NCBI GenBank assembly: GCA_041690395.1
Contig: JAWLHJ010000006.1
Span: 38,530-102,529, forward strand
From: Longimicrobiales bacterium
GTDB lineage: Bacteria > Gemmatimonadota > Gemmatimonadetes > Longimicrobiales > Gaopeijiaceae
Direction: 5' to 3'
Length of the DNA stretch: 64,000 bases
In this document: positions 1 to 9,325 of the stretch, in pieces
Position numbering within the stretch: the stretch's first letter is position 1
How the letters are laid out: every line of letters begins with the position of its first letter
Made by a program: the position numbers and the translations under genes
Notes under the pieces: generated by a model
Database searches by the model: none
Told to the model about the DNA's origin: nothing
The model's input: the letters and a program-made list of their open reading frames with translations, nothing else

Positions 1-1104
1 TCGAGCTACCTCGAGGAGTCCCAGAGCCTCGACAAGGTCCTGACCATCTTCATCCGTGTGAACAGCGCGGGTACCGAACTCAGCTACTCGGACCTAATCC
101 TCTCTATCGCGACAGCGAAATGGGACACGCTAGACGCCCGCGAGGAGATCCACAGGATCGTCGACGACATCAACCGCATCGGCGACGGCTTCAAGTTCAA
201 CAAAGACTTCGTGCTCAAGACCTGCCTCATGCTCGGTGAGTATGAGACGCGATTCGCTGCGGAGAACTTCAAAGCAGAGAACATGCACGTGATCGAGGGG
301 CTGTGGCCTCAGATCTCGAACGCCATCCGCGGCACCGCCCGACTCCTTGATACGTTCGGCTTCACGGGAGACACGCTGCCGTCTCTCAATGCGGTGATCC
401 CCATCACCTACTACCTCTTCAGAGCCGAGAAGCCGGAGAACTTCCACAATGCAAACGGTTGGGCCGACGACCGGGAGCGGATCCGCAGATGGCTCGCCAT
501 CGCGCTCCTCAAGCGCACCTTCACTGGACAGCCGGATAGCGTCCTCCGACTCGTTCGAGACACGATCCGGGAGCACTCAGACGATGGCTTCCCCGCGGAA
601 GAGATCGTGAAGGCCCTTCGGTCATCCCCCAGGTCAATGACGTTCGGAGACGAGGAACTCGACGCGGTCCTAGAGAGCAGGTTCACGAACCGGTACACGT
701 TCTCCACACTGGCTTTGCTGTATCCGGATCTGGACTTCCGGAACGCCTTCCATATGGACCACATCCATCCACGGAGCCACTTCACCAAAGCGCAGCTTAC
801 CCGACGCAGCATTACCGACGCCGAGCAGGTAATCGAATACCAGGATCGATTTGACCTCATCCCGAATCTGCAACTCCTAGAGGGCACCACTAACACGGAG
901 AAGTCAAACAAGCCGTTCGCTGTCTGGCTTGAAGAAGCGTTTCCCAACGAAGTCGCCCGCGAGGCGTATCGTCGCAGGCACTACATCCCTGCTGACGCCG
1001 CGACCGACTTCGAAAACTTCATCGAGTTCTATGAAGCTCGCCGAGACCTTATGCGCGATGCCCTGAATAATGTCGTTGGCCTGACACGGACGCCGGAGGG
1101 CTGA
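1..1104 (+). CDS. GmrSD-type (DUF262 + DUF1524/HNH) restriction endonuclease, 5' truncated
   Basis: Frame open from base 1: IFIRVNSAGTEL (DUF262 FxRxNxxG motif); C-terminal DHIHP...NLQLLEGTTNTEKSNKPF (DUF1524 HNH motif). Confidence 0.85.
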   Translation, partial: SSYLEESQSLDKVLTIFIRVNSAGTELSYSDLILSIATAKWDTLDAREEIHRIVDDINRIGDGFKFNKDFVLKTCLMLGEYETRFAAENFKAENMHVIEGLWPQISNAIRGTARLLDTFGFTGDTLPSLNAVIPITYYLFRAEKPENFHNANGWADDRERIRRWLAIALLKRTFTGQPDSVLRLVRDTIREHSDDGFPAEEIVKALRSSPRSMTFGDEELDAVLESRFTNRYTFSTLALLYPDLDFRNAFHMDHIHPRSHFTKAQLTRRSITDAEQVIEYQDRFDLIPNLQLLEGTTNTEKSNKPFAVWLEEAFPNEVAREAYRRRHYIPADAATDFENFIEFYEARRDLMRDALNNVVGLTRTPEG

Positions 1105-1301
1105 ATCATGTCCTACATCGCCTGCTGGCGCCCAAGATGATTGGTGAGTAGGTGAACCTCTTCGAGGTCGCCCACTCACGGCCACGGATGCAGCTCACGC
1201 CCCTTGGAGGGGAACACTTCCGCCTGGAGCCCTGGCGCCTTGGACAGCACGGACGGCGTGGACACCGGCTTTCCCAACTTCTCATCTCCCGGTAGTAGCT
1301 C

Positions 1302-1925
1302 ATGAAGCCTGAACGCCTCATCCGTTACCGTCCCTGGCTCTACCACCTCACCAGTCGGGAGAACCTCACAGCGATCAGGAAGGAGCGACGCTTGGAGTCA
1401 GCGGCTCGGTTGCTCGAAGCCGCGGAGCGAAGTGGGGACATCCGAGAGAAGCGACCCGCCCATCAGGTCATCGAGGTCAGGGGCAAGCAGCGCCTCCTCC
1501 GCGACCAGCAGCCTCTCTACGCTGGTAATATCGAGTTCGAGGACAGCCACAAGTTCGAGGATGTTGTGGCCATGTTGAATCGATACGTGTTCTTCTGGCC
1601 TGGCAAGGAGGATGGACCCTCCGACTACGGGGTGCGGCACTTCCAGCGGTATCAGAGTGAGAGACCCGTGGTGATCAGGATTCGCACCAAGGACGCGCTT
1701 AAGGGGAGCCGTCGAGATGGCTTGCGGCTATGTGCATATAATTCGGGAGCGCCGAGGTGCAGTGCCGGGCGGAAGAGCCCCAGGGGCCCCGAGACGTTCC
1801 TGCCTCTCTCCGAATTCCCTCATGGAGTCAGCCGGGTAGTCGAGGTCGTCGTGGAGCATGAGGTAGAGCTGCCGACCGGAGCAGAGGTAGGGCATCACCC
1901 CCAAGGACCCTACAGCCCGATGTAG
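1302..1925 (+). CDS. DarT-like / DUF7002-like putative ADP-ribosyltransferase-fold protein
   Basis: LYHLTSRENL..I...LES, LRDQQP, LNRYVFFW, NSG, RG..TF and terminal EVVV resemble the DarT/DUF7002 pattern. Confidence 0.6.
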   Translation: MKPERLIRYRPWLYHLTSRENLTAIRKERRLESAARLLEAAERSGDIREKRPAHQVIEVRGKQRLLRDQQPLYAGNIEFEDSHKFEDVVAMLNRYVFFWPGKEDGPSDYGVRHFQRYQSERPVVIRIRTKDALKGSRRDGLRLCAYNSGAPRCSAGRKSPRGPETFLPLSEFPHGVSRVVEVVVEHEVELPTGAEVGHHPQGPYSPM

Positions 1926-2121
1926 GAATCTTCCGGAACCGCCGTCCGCGCTGTCCAGGTCGTCCATTTCGACGTATCGTCGAAACAGGCGGCTACCCCT
2001 CGCGCTTGCAGATCCTGCGATCTCGCGCGTAAGCTGGCGTAGCCCCGATGCCTCGAAGTTCGGCTTGAAAATGGTGACTGCTGCGATTAGAGCGCCTTCG
2101 GATCTTTCCAAAGGACCCAGC

Positions 2122-3819
2122 GTGAAGATCGACCCCGATGCAATCCGTGAGCTGCTCGAAGACCTCAAATCTACCCCGAGCGAAGAGCTTGAGTCCGAAA
2201 CGATGGAGTTCAAGGGTTATCGGGATGAGCAGGCTCTACACAACGCCAAGGATCTAGCCGAGGAGATCTCAGCGCTAGCCAATCACCGAGGCGGACAGAT
2301 CGTCGTCGGGGTCAAGGACTCCAGCAACGTGCCTGCTGGCGAGTGGGCGGAACAGCTTGTTGGCTTTCCCGGCCTGGACCTGGACAGATGTCGCGAGAGG
2401 ATCGCCGGTCGAATCCGTCCCGCGGTCGCCCTTGAGCTCTCCCTGATATCCTTCGAAGGCCGAGACTACCTGGTTATCGGCATTCCCGTGTCTCGGAGCA
2501 GTCTCGTCCAGACCTCATCTGGGAAGGTCTGCATCCGCGAAGGCCGATCGAGCCGCCCGATGAGTCCTGAGGAGGTCAGTGCGGCGGTGAAGCAGCTGAC
2601 GTCGTTCGACTGGAGTGCTGACCCGGTCGAGGGCACGATCGAGGATCTTCTGGACGACTCCTCGCTCGACGAGGCCGGTAGGGACTTCTCTCACAAGAGG
2701 GCTTTGGAGACCCCACCCTCGTCCACCGAATATCTGGAGGCAATCGGCGCCACTCGGAACGGTGTTCTCACGAGAGGGGGGCTCTTATTCCTTGGCACGT
2801 CGGACGCCATCCAACGTCGCCTCGGCACTTACGAGTTCCGGTTCACATGGAAGCTACCAAACGGCCAATTGAAGGTGAACGAGGTGTGGAGCGGCAACCT
2901 GTGGCAAGCGGTCGTTCGTGCCCGCAACCTATTCGACCAAGTGAACGAGGAGCGCCGATACAGCTACGATGGTCGAGAGTTCTCAGTCCCGTTGATGGAC
3001 CCAAGCGCCTTCCATGAGGGCTACCTGAATGCATTGGTGCATCGGGACTATGCCATGGACGGTATGGTGACCGTGACGTTTACGGGGAATGAGATGACGA
3101 TCTCCAGCCCGGGGGCCTTCTATGGTGGGATCACGAGCGAGAACATCGGTGTGCACGATCCGCGTCATCGGAACAAGGCCCTGGCGAAGATCCTGATGAC
3201 GCATGCGCTTGTGGATCGGGCCGGGATGGGCGTCCTCAGGATGAGCCTCAATTCCCTAAAGTACGGGCGATCATTCCCGGCCTTCACAGAGACTGCCGAC
3301 TCGGTCGAAGTGACGATGGAGGCCCGCTACTTGAGGCCCGTGATCACCGTGCTGACTTCCGACAATGAGGATTGGGGTGTGCCCGAGATGCTCATCTTGA
3401 ACAGCGTGTACCAGACGGGACATGTCGATGTGCGGACCATAGAAAAACAACTAGGTCGCGTCCGGGGAAACTCATGGAAGCTAATCAACAGCGCCCTTGA
3501 AAGCCTCCCGATGGTGGAGCTGTGTGGCACGCGAGCAGGCGTCTTCATCCGGCTGACGTCACAGTGGCGGAAAGCATTCAACGTCGACAAGACGTTCCGG
3601 GCATCCACGGCGTCGAAGAAATACGTAGACCTCTACGACTACCTGCGTCGGCACGGCGACGCATCGAATAGCGACCTTACGCCGCTGCTAGGGCACAATC
3701 ACAGCTCCCAGACCAGTCGCTTCCTGCGAGATACGGCCTTCGTGAAGCGTGAGGGACACGGACCGGCGGCGAAGTGGAAGTTGGTGCCCTGGGAGTGGAA
3801 TCGCGCTGACGAGGGATGA
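2122..3819 (+). CDS. Schlafen/AlbA_2 domain + HATPase_c_4 + C-terminal HTH protein
   Basis: ESETMEFK, ALANHRGGQIVVGVKD (AlbA_2); EGYLNALVHRDY, ISSPG, HRNKALA, DRAGMG (HATPase_c_4). GTG 2122 with AAGGA RBS. Confidence 0.85.
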   Translation: MKIDPDAIRELLEDLKSTPSEELESETMEFKGYRDEQALHNAKDLAEEISALANHRGGQIVVGVKDSSNVPAGEWAEQLVGFPGLDLDRCRERIAGRIRPAVALELSLISFEGRDYLVIGIPVSRSSLVQTSSGKVCIREGRSSRPMSPEEVSAAVKQLTSFDWSADPVEGTIEDLLDDSSLDEAGRDFSHKRALETPPSSTEYLEAIGATRNGVLTRGGLLFLGTSDAIQRRLGTYEFRFTWKLPNGQLKVNEVWSGNLWQAVVRARNLFDQVNEERRYSYDGREFSVPLMDPSAFHEGYLNALVHRDYAMDGMVTVTFTGNEMTISSPGAFYGGITSENIGVHDPRHRNKALAKILMTHALVDRAGMGVLRMSLNSLKYGRSFPAFTETADSVEVTMEARYLRPVITVLTSDNEDWGVPEMLILNSVYQTGHVDVRTIEKQLGRVRGNSWKLINSALESLPMVELCGTRAGVFIRLTSQWRKAFNVDKTFRASTASKKYVDLYDYLRRHGDASNSDLTPLLGHNHSSQTSRFLRDTAFVKREGHGPAAKWKLVPWEWNRADEG

Positions 3820-3945
3820 CCCCACGGCTAGGGTAATCCGCCTCGGTCGCCAGGTATTCGGCTAGCCCTCGCCCTCCGCCCTCTCCCGCTCCGCCCTCTT
3901 CACAGTCTGCATGATCACCATCCGAGCTCGTGTCGAGGTGATCTC

Positions 3946-4188
3946 CTACTTGGTCACCAGTCCCTCAGCAATCTCCCATAGCGCACTCGGCTGCGTCTCC
4001 AGCGCGTCAGCCAGCTTCCAGATGACCTTCACCGTTGGGTTACGGGCACCCCGCTCGACATCGCTCACGTACGTCCGGTGGACCTTCGCGCGGTAGCCCA
4101 GAGCCTCCTGGGATAGACCCAGCTCTTCGCGCCTCGCGCGCACTGCGGCGCCGAACGCCTGGACTCTCTGGTCGGGGGTGCTTGCCAT
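3946..4188 (-). CDS. XRE-family regulator, restriction-modification controller (C-protein)-like
   Basis: FGAAVRARREELGLSQEAL...HRTYVSDVERGARNPT; HRTY recognition helix typical of C.PvuII/C.BamHI class. Confidence 0.85.
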   Translation of the reverse strand: MASTPDQRVQAFGAAVRARREELGLSQEALGYRAKVHRTYVSDVERGARNPTVKVIWKLADALETQPSALWEIAEGLVTK

Positions 4189-4212
4189 GGCGACGCACCC
4201 TGCCAGACCTTA

Positions 4213-4238
4213 GGCTATGGGTCTACAGACTATGAGTG
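4213..4238 (-). promoter_or_regulatory. Double C-box operator
   Basis: Minus strand CACT-CAT-AGTC-TGTA-GACC-CAT-AGCC, 24 nt upstream of the C-protein start; fits GACT-n3-AGTC-n4-GACT-n3-AGTC. Confidence 0.75.
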
Positions 4239-4249
4239 ACGTTGCCGGA

Positions 4250-4903
4250 ATGAGGATGGTGAATGTGAGCCGGACGATCCGGAGCAGACAGTCATTGTGC
4301 TGGCTGTGCTTTGCCGCATTCGGCATCGCGGGCTGCGCATCGGACTCTCGGCAGAGCTACGAGGAGTGCGTAGTGGAACTCGGGCAGACGCTCGAGGCGA
4401 ACGACGTAGTCCGGCTATGTCGCGAGGCCTTCCCCGAGCCGCCGGAGCCAGAGCCCGACCTGCCGTTCTACGCTGGAGAGTTCTTCTACCCGACGACGGG
4501 GTCACAATGTGGCACCATTGGCTTCCGGACGGGTGGCTTAATCAGCCCGTCTGCGACCGGGTATTGCGGTACTAGCTCGCGAATCGAGTGCGGTACCGAC
4601 CGCTGTTGGTTCACCTGTAGGAACTACAACCAGTCCGACACGGCGGTGGTGCAGATCGCCGCCCCGAACGAGTCGGGGATCGAACTCCATCGAGTCCCGT
4701 TCGACTCGACATCGACGCCATCTCAGCAGCTATGGCGCAGGATGGCGGAGTGCGAGATGGCCATGAGGGTGGCGCAGCGGTCGCCTCGTGGGTGGTACTC
4801 AGAGTTTCTTGAAGGCCTGAACCTACCCACCCCAGACAGAGAACGCCTCATCAACCGCCCGTCTTACCTCACTCTCCCACGCCCCGATTCGCTTCGGCGG
4901 TGA
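4250..4903 (+). CDS. Cys-rich hypothetical lipoprotein
   Basis: Lipobox IAGC; several paired Cys; start uncertain (4217/4232/4250/4256). Confidence 0.6.
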   Translation: MRMVNVSRTIRSRQSLCWLCFAAFGIAGCASDSRQSYEECVVELGQTLEANDVVRLCREAFPEPPEPEPDLPFYAGEFFYPTTGSQCGTIGFRTGGLISPSATGYCGTSSRIECGTDRCWFTCRNYNQSDTAVVQIAAPNESGIELHRVPFDSTSTPSQQLWRRMAECEMAMRVAQRSPRGWYSEFLEGLNLPTPDRERLINRPSYLTLPRPDSLRR

Positions 4904-5010
4904 TCTCTCTTGGGGCGAGTTCTCGGACTCCGGGCCTGATTCCCGGGACCGTTCTCCCCACCACCTTTAACGTCGCGCCCCTCACTCCATTCGAGCCTAG
5001 GGACACTGTG

Positions 5011-5586
5011 ATGAAGCGCCGTCACGTACTGTCGCCCAGCATCGCCATGCTCGGGGCCGCTCTGGCCCTCTTGGCGGCCTGTGAGGCGCCACCAGGCGAC
5101 GAGGCCGAGAGTCCCTGCGACGGGTTGGTAGAGCCCGTCCGCCAGCCGCTCACGGCGGATGAGCGCGAGTTCCTACGCCAGGGACTGAGGGAGGCCAGGG
5201 AGAGGTGGCGCGAAGCCTCGATCGATGACTACATCTTCGATAGGCGTCGGACCTTGGCGACTTATGGATGGACGCCAGTCATGACAGTCACTGTAAGGGC
5301 GGGCGAGGTACAGCTCGTCACCTTGACCTCCCGCGGAGACACGATCTTCTCGGCAGAGGACGAGAGTGGGGTGGCGGAATGGTGGAGATGGGTGCTCGTA
5401 GAGCAGCATTTCGACCTCATCGCCGAGGACCTGGACGAGGCCCAATGGGTGGACGTCACGTTCGACCCGGAGCTGGGCTACCCGACGGACATCGCCATAG
5501 ACAACGACGTCTGCGGTTTCGGTGGTGAGTACAGATCCGAGGCGCGCGACCTGCGTGCCCTCTCAGAGGACCCCGTCGATGGCTGA
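5011..5586 (+). CDS. DUF6174-like lipoprotein
   Basis: Lipobox LAAC; ARERW...IDDY and VTFDPELGYPTDIAID motifs. Confidence 0.7.
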   Translation: MKRRHVLSPSIAMLGAALALLAACEAPPGDEAESPCDGLVEPVRQPLTADEREFLRQGLREARERWREASIDDYIFDRRRTLATYGWTPVMTVTVRAGEVQLVTLTSRGDTIFSAEDESGVAEWWRWVLVEQHFDLIAEDLDEAQWVDVTFDPELGYPTDIAIDNDVCGFGGEYRSEARDLRALSEDPVDG

Positions 5587-6024
5587 AGCAGGACGGACGA
5601 GGTGGCTGACCATAGCGTGCCTGTGTTGCCTGTCGTTCTCGACGGTTGTGGAGCCGATTCACCCCAATCATATCGAGAGTGCCTCTTGGATCTCGGACGC
5701 ACCGTCGACCGTGACGCGGCCATCGGACTCTGCCGGGAGGCGTTTCCAGAGCCCGAGCCCCGAGCCACCTTTCTGGGCGGGGGGGGGTTCTATCGGACCG
5801 CTGAGTCACGATGCGGTAGGATTCTCTTCGATTCCGATGTAGTCGTGAACCCAAGTGTCTCGGGGTACTGCCGCTCCGCCTCCCGGATAGAATGCAACCA
5901 AGAGCAGTGCTGGTTCACCTGCCTCAAGTACAACGTTCGGATGAGGCCCGCGCCGAGTTGGAGCGCGTCGAGAAGCAACATTGACCCTTCAAGGCCCGCG
6001 AGCGTAAGCTGTTGGGCGGAATGA
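5579..6024 (+). pseudogene. Frameshifted paralog of the 4250-4903 lipoprotein
   Basis: QSYREC...LCREAFPEPEP, GYC..SRIEC...CWFTC.YN shared with upstream gene; homology switches frame near 5644, 5761, the G9 tract 5779-5787 and 5936. Confidence 0.65.
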
Positions 6025-6267
6025 ATGAACAACGCCCCCGCGAAGTTGAGCGGGACCCTAACCTTGTCAAACGGAGGGCCCGCCTTGGGCTGCACAGCCG
6101 CCGCCGTAGCCGCCGCCATCGCCTCCTTCGTCGCGCTGGTGCTCGTCGGGATCGTCCTCGAAAGCGCGGAACCCTACATGAGTGCCATCGTCATCCTGCT
6201 CACGCTCATCTTCATCTGCGTCTTCATTATCATGCTGATCGAACTCTTCCGCCCCCGATCGTGGTGA
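6025..6267 (+). CDS. Small two-TM membrane protein, hypothetical
   Basis: Two hydrophobic stretches in 80 aa. Confidence 0.4.
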   Translation: MNNAPAKLSGTLTLSNGGPALGCTAAAVAAAIASFVALVLVGIVLESAEPYMSAIVILLTLIFICVFIIMLIELFRPRSW

Positions 6268-6647
6268 TGCTTGCGTAAATCAGCATTATGACAAGCGAGA
6301 GAGTAGCACGGACTCCGACGAGCGCGACCGCTTCGCCACCGCTGTCGAACGCCTTGGCGAGATGCTCGAAGCGCGCGAGCGACACGTCCCCGATTGGGTC
6401 GGACGGGCTGTCCTCGATCACATGAGCTTCGGCGTGGAGAACCTGTCGCACTGCATCGAACACCCCGAGGGCCGCGTCTCGTGGGACTTCCCCTTCGTGG
6501 AGCTGAGCGGCTCACGATGTTCGATGCGGCGGGCCTGGGTCAACTGAAGGGTCTGAACCTTCCTCCACTATCGATGGAGATGAGGTGGAGTCGGCGGGGA
6601 ATGGGAGCCGAGCAGGTCGCAATTGGCGTGGGCGAACGGAGGGCTAG

Positions 6648-7427
6648 ATGACCAACTCGCCGCCTGATGGACTGACACCTGCCGAGGTGGCCGAGCTGAA
6701 AGAGCTAGCTCGTCAGGGAATCTTACCTGCACTCCGATCAGCAGCGAAAGAGAGCACCTCCCCCTATTACTGGTATGACAGCCGGGCGGAGCAGGGCGCG
6801 AGGATGCTTGGCGGGGGAACGATGTGTGTGGTCGACACTGGTGAGCGATTGATCGGCGTGACGAACCAGCACATTCATAGCCAAGCGCTTGCCGCATGGG
6901 TTGACCCGGATCTGGCTCTTCAAGTGGGGAGCCATAGCTTCGATCCGACGGCCAGACTCATCGATGTGGACGGGTCAGTCGACCTGGCGACCTGCGCGCT
7001 CTCTGACGTTCAAATTGCGGCGATGCGAGTATTTCCACACCACGCACTCCAATGGCCTCCGCCTCAACCGGCTCTCGGTGACCTGCTCCTGGTGGGAGGT
7101 TGGCCGTGGCGGATGGTCGAAGAAGACGTACACAAGTCACACCACGATTTCCTGAACTTCATTGGGAGAGCGAACGTCGTCTCGGAGCGCCATGTCGGTA
7201 TGAGGACCTATACCTCCTCGAGCGTTCCCTGGGGCGGGCGGGCGTTGCCGCCTGGGACGAACCTCGGGGGCATGAGCGGTGGCCCAGTCTATCGAATCGA
7301 CTTGGACTCGATGGTGCCACTGACATTCGTGGGTATCATCTATGAATACTCGCCTGGTTTCGAGCAGGTATTCTCTGTTCCGCTTCGGCGCGTCCGCGCT
7401 GACGGGTCGATTGAGCGCTCTCTTTGA
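6648..7427 (+). CDS. Trypsin-like serine protease, cytoplasmic
   Basis: Triad motifs VTNQH, VDLAT, GGMSGGPV; no signal peptide; GGAGG RBS. Confidence 0.8.
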   Translation: MTNSPPDGLTPAEVAELKELARQGILPALRSAAKESTSPYYWYDSRAEQGARMLGGGTMCVVDTGERLIGVTNQHIHSQALAAWVDPDLALQVGSHSFDPTARLIDVDGSVDLATCALSDVQIAAMRVFPHHALQWPPPQPALGDLLLVGGWPWRMVEEDVHKSHHDFLNFIGRANVVSERHVGMRTYTSSSVPWGGRALPPGTNLGGMSGGPVYRIDLDSMVPLTFVGIIYEYSPGFEQVFSVPLRRVRADGSIERSL

Positions 7428-7480
7428 ATATCGGTGACAGGCCAAGAGGATGCGGTCTTTAAGCCTCCAACCTGATACCT

Positions 7481-8659
7481 ATGGAAAAGAAGGAGACAAC
7501 GAGGGAGCGGATCCTCAAGGCCAGGCTTCCTGAGACTGAGATCGGAATCGAAGGGCACGGGCGATCACGATTCGCGGTTCTCTCAGCTGCGGATGTCGCT
7601 TACATGCGCACCCAGCTGGACGAACTCGCACCGGTAGACTTTGCGATTCAGTTGCTTGCGCACCAAGCCCGAGGTCGACTGGGTCCAGAGGCCTTGGGTG
7701 TTCTCCCTCGACCGACGTTGCTCCGCATCGCTCGAACGTGGGGGAGTCACCCGGGGACCCTGGCCGCCGACCCCTCTGCGATCCGCCGATTCTCGGATTT
7801 CCAGGCTGTAGCGAAAGCTTGGCTTAAGGACTGGGACACGAAGATCCTCCGTCTTGAGCAACGGTTCAGGGTGGCCGTGGCTCCTATCCTAGGCACGCAA
7901 GTGCTATCGGACGGCATCCGGCAGCAGATGCGAGCAATCGAGGTGGCAGGGCGGACGCTTAGGGCTCTGAGCCAACCACTGACTCACATTACCGACTCCA
8001 TTGCCGAGTCCTTCACTGCGTCGCTCCCCGACTGGGGACAGGTCCAGCGCGCCTTGCGCGAGGCGGACCGTGGGAAGGAGCACCTCGACGAGATTGGCTA
8101 CGGCTTCGTCGTCTCGGATTGGGGTATCCCCGCTCTACGGGAAATCGCCAAGGAGCGCCCAACTGCTCGCGAAGTACACAGAGCGTTCCTTGCGCAGACG
8201 CGCAGTGCCGAGTTTGCATCCGCTCTCCTCCAGCGTGTCGAAGGATCGCGCACCCTGCAACGTCGGGCCCCGATTCTCCAGCCCGCCTACAACGCACACT
8301 GTGAACGTGAATACGCCCTCTCCGTGCCAGTCTTCTACGCTCAGTTGGAGGGGATACTCACGGACCTCCTGGTCTTGGAGGGGCTAGCGCGAAGGCGAGG
8401 ACACCGGGCCCATAAGCGGACCGGTGGTGAGCTCCGTGGCCTAGGCCCCAAGGCGAGGCACTACAGCAAGGGCGAGTCCGTGATGCGGCAGTTCCTCACC
8501 CAGGAACTGCTCGAGGGGCTCGTTCCGGACCGCAACGGGGTCCTCCACGGATCAAAGACCAGCTACCGGCAGGCCCGGCGTTCTTCGCACCTGCTGCTCC
8601 TCATCGACGTCTTGACCAAGATTACGGTCGCCACAGAACGTGGCTCAAGCCGGAAATGA
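7481..8659 (+). CDS. HEPN-domain protein with N-terminal phage tail-assembly-chaperone-like segment
   Basis: C-terminal YALSVPVFYAQLEGIL...RNGVLHG (HEPN E...RxxxxH); N-terminal RERILKARLPETEIGIEGHGRSRFAVLSAAD resembles siphophage TAC N-termini. Confidence 0.65.
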   Translation: MEKKETTRERILKARLPETEIGIEGHGRSRFAVLSAADVAYMRTQLDELAPVDFAIQLLAHQARGRLGPEALGVLPRPTLLRIARTWGSHPGTLAADPSAIRRFSDFQAVAKAWLKDWDTKILRLEQRFRVAVAPILGTQVLSDGIRQQMRAIEVAGRTLRALSQPLTHITDSIAESFTASLPDWGQVQRALREADRGKEHLDEIGYGFVVSDWGIPALREIAKERPTAREVHRAFLAQTRSAEFASALLQRVEGSRTLQRRAPILQPAYNAHCEREYALSVPVFYAQLEGILTDLLVLEGLARRRGHRAHKRTGGELRGLGPKARHYSKGESVMRQFLTQELLEGLVPDRNGVLHGSKTSYRQARRSSHLLLLIDVLTKITVATERGSSRK

Positions 8660-8677
8660 GCGATCCAGTCCCACCTG

Positions 8678-9301
8678 TCAATCGGCTAGGTCGTTCAACG
8701 GCCTGAATGCCATGACCTCCTCAGGATCGGCTGTCACGATCCAGAGTGCGTGCTGCTCTTGGACAGCTGACTTGCTGGAGCGAGCAAGGGCTCGGAGATA
8801 CCCCGCGCGCCGGTGGCCCTCCAGCAGATTAAACGGCTGGCCCAGTCGAGTACCCGAGGGAGTCTGAAACCCGACGCGGTTATCCAGCACGACGGGGGGC
8901 GTGGGCCACGTCCCCTCGCGCGTCATATAGGATCCCAGCCACCCGGATCGGATGGATTCCTCGGCCAAGAAGCTCTCGGCGTATCCATCGAGGGGGTCAT
9001 CTTCCTCCGGCCAACTCTTCACGTGTTCGAGAATGCGCCGAGTGACCCACACTTCTCGCGCGAATGAGAATCCGCGGTAGCCAAGCCATGCGTACTCGTG
9101 CGCGTGCACTCCGTGTCTAAGGAACCACTCGACAAGTACCTCGTCTGGGAAGGCGGGAAGCAGAGGCCGCACCCTCCGCAGATAGTCTGCTTCAGGCTCC
9201 GTCGCGAAGGCCCGGCCCTGGTCGATCGGGTAGAGCGACTCCACGAAGTCATGCTCCGATCGATGCCGCTCTTGTGAGTATCGGGCTCCCACGATGGTCA
9301 T
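8678..9301 (-). CDS. ParB/Srx-fold hypothetical protein
   Basis: TWPTPPVVL...FNLLEGHRRAGYL (GHRR motif); start 9301 or 9322. Confidence 0.55.
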   Translation of the reverse strand: MTIVGARYSQERHRSEHDFVESLYPIDQGRAFATEPEADYLRRVRPLLPAFPDEVLVEWFLRHGVHAHEYAWLGYRGFSFAREVWVTRRILEHVKSWPEEDDPLDGYAESFLAEESIRSGWLGSYMTREGTWPTPPVVLDNRVGFQTPSGTRLGQPFNLLEGHRRAGYLRALARSSKSAVQEQHALWIVTADPEEVMAFRPLNDLAD

Positions 9302-9325
9302 GTCTGTCACCCCACCCTTCACCGC

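Noticed and set aside
3865..3900. CCCTC/CCGCC low-complexity tract
   Set aside because: Irregular, no unit periodicity; intergenic between convergent genes.
6270..6650. Short overlapping ORF fragments upstream of the protease
   Set aside because: Possibly a gene remnant, but no recognisable motif or clear start.
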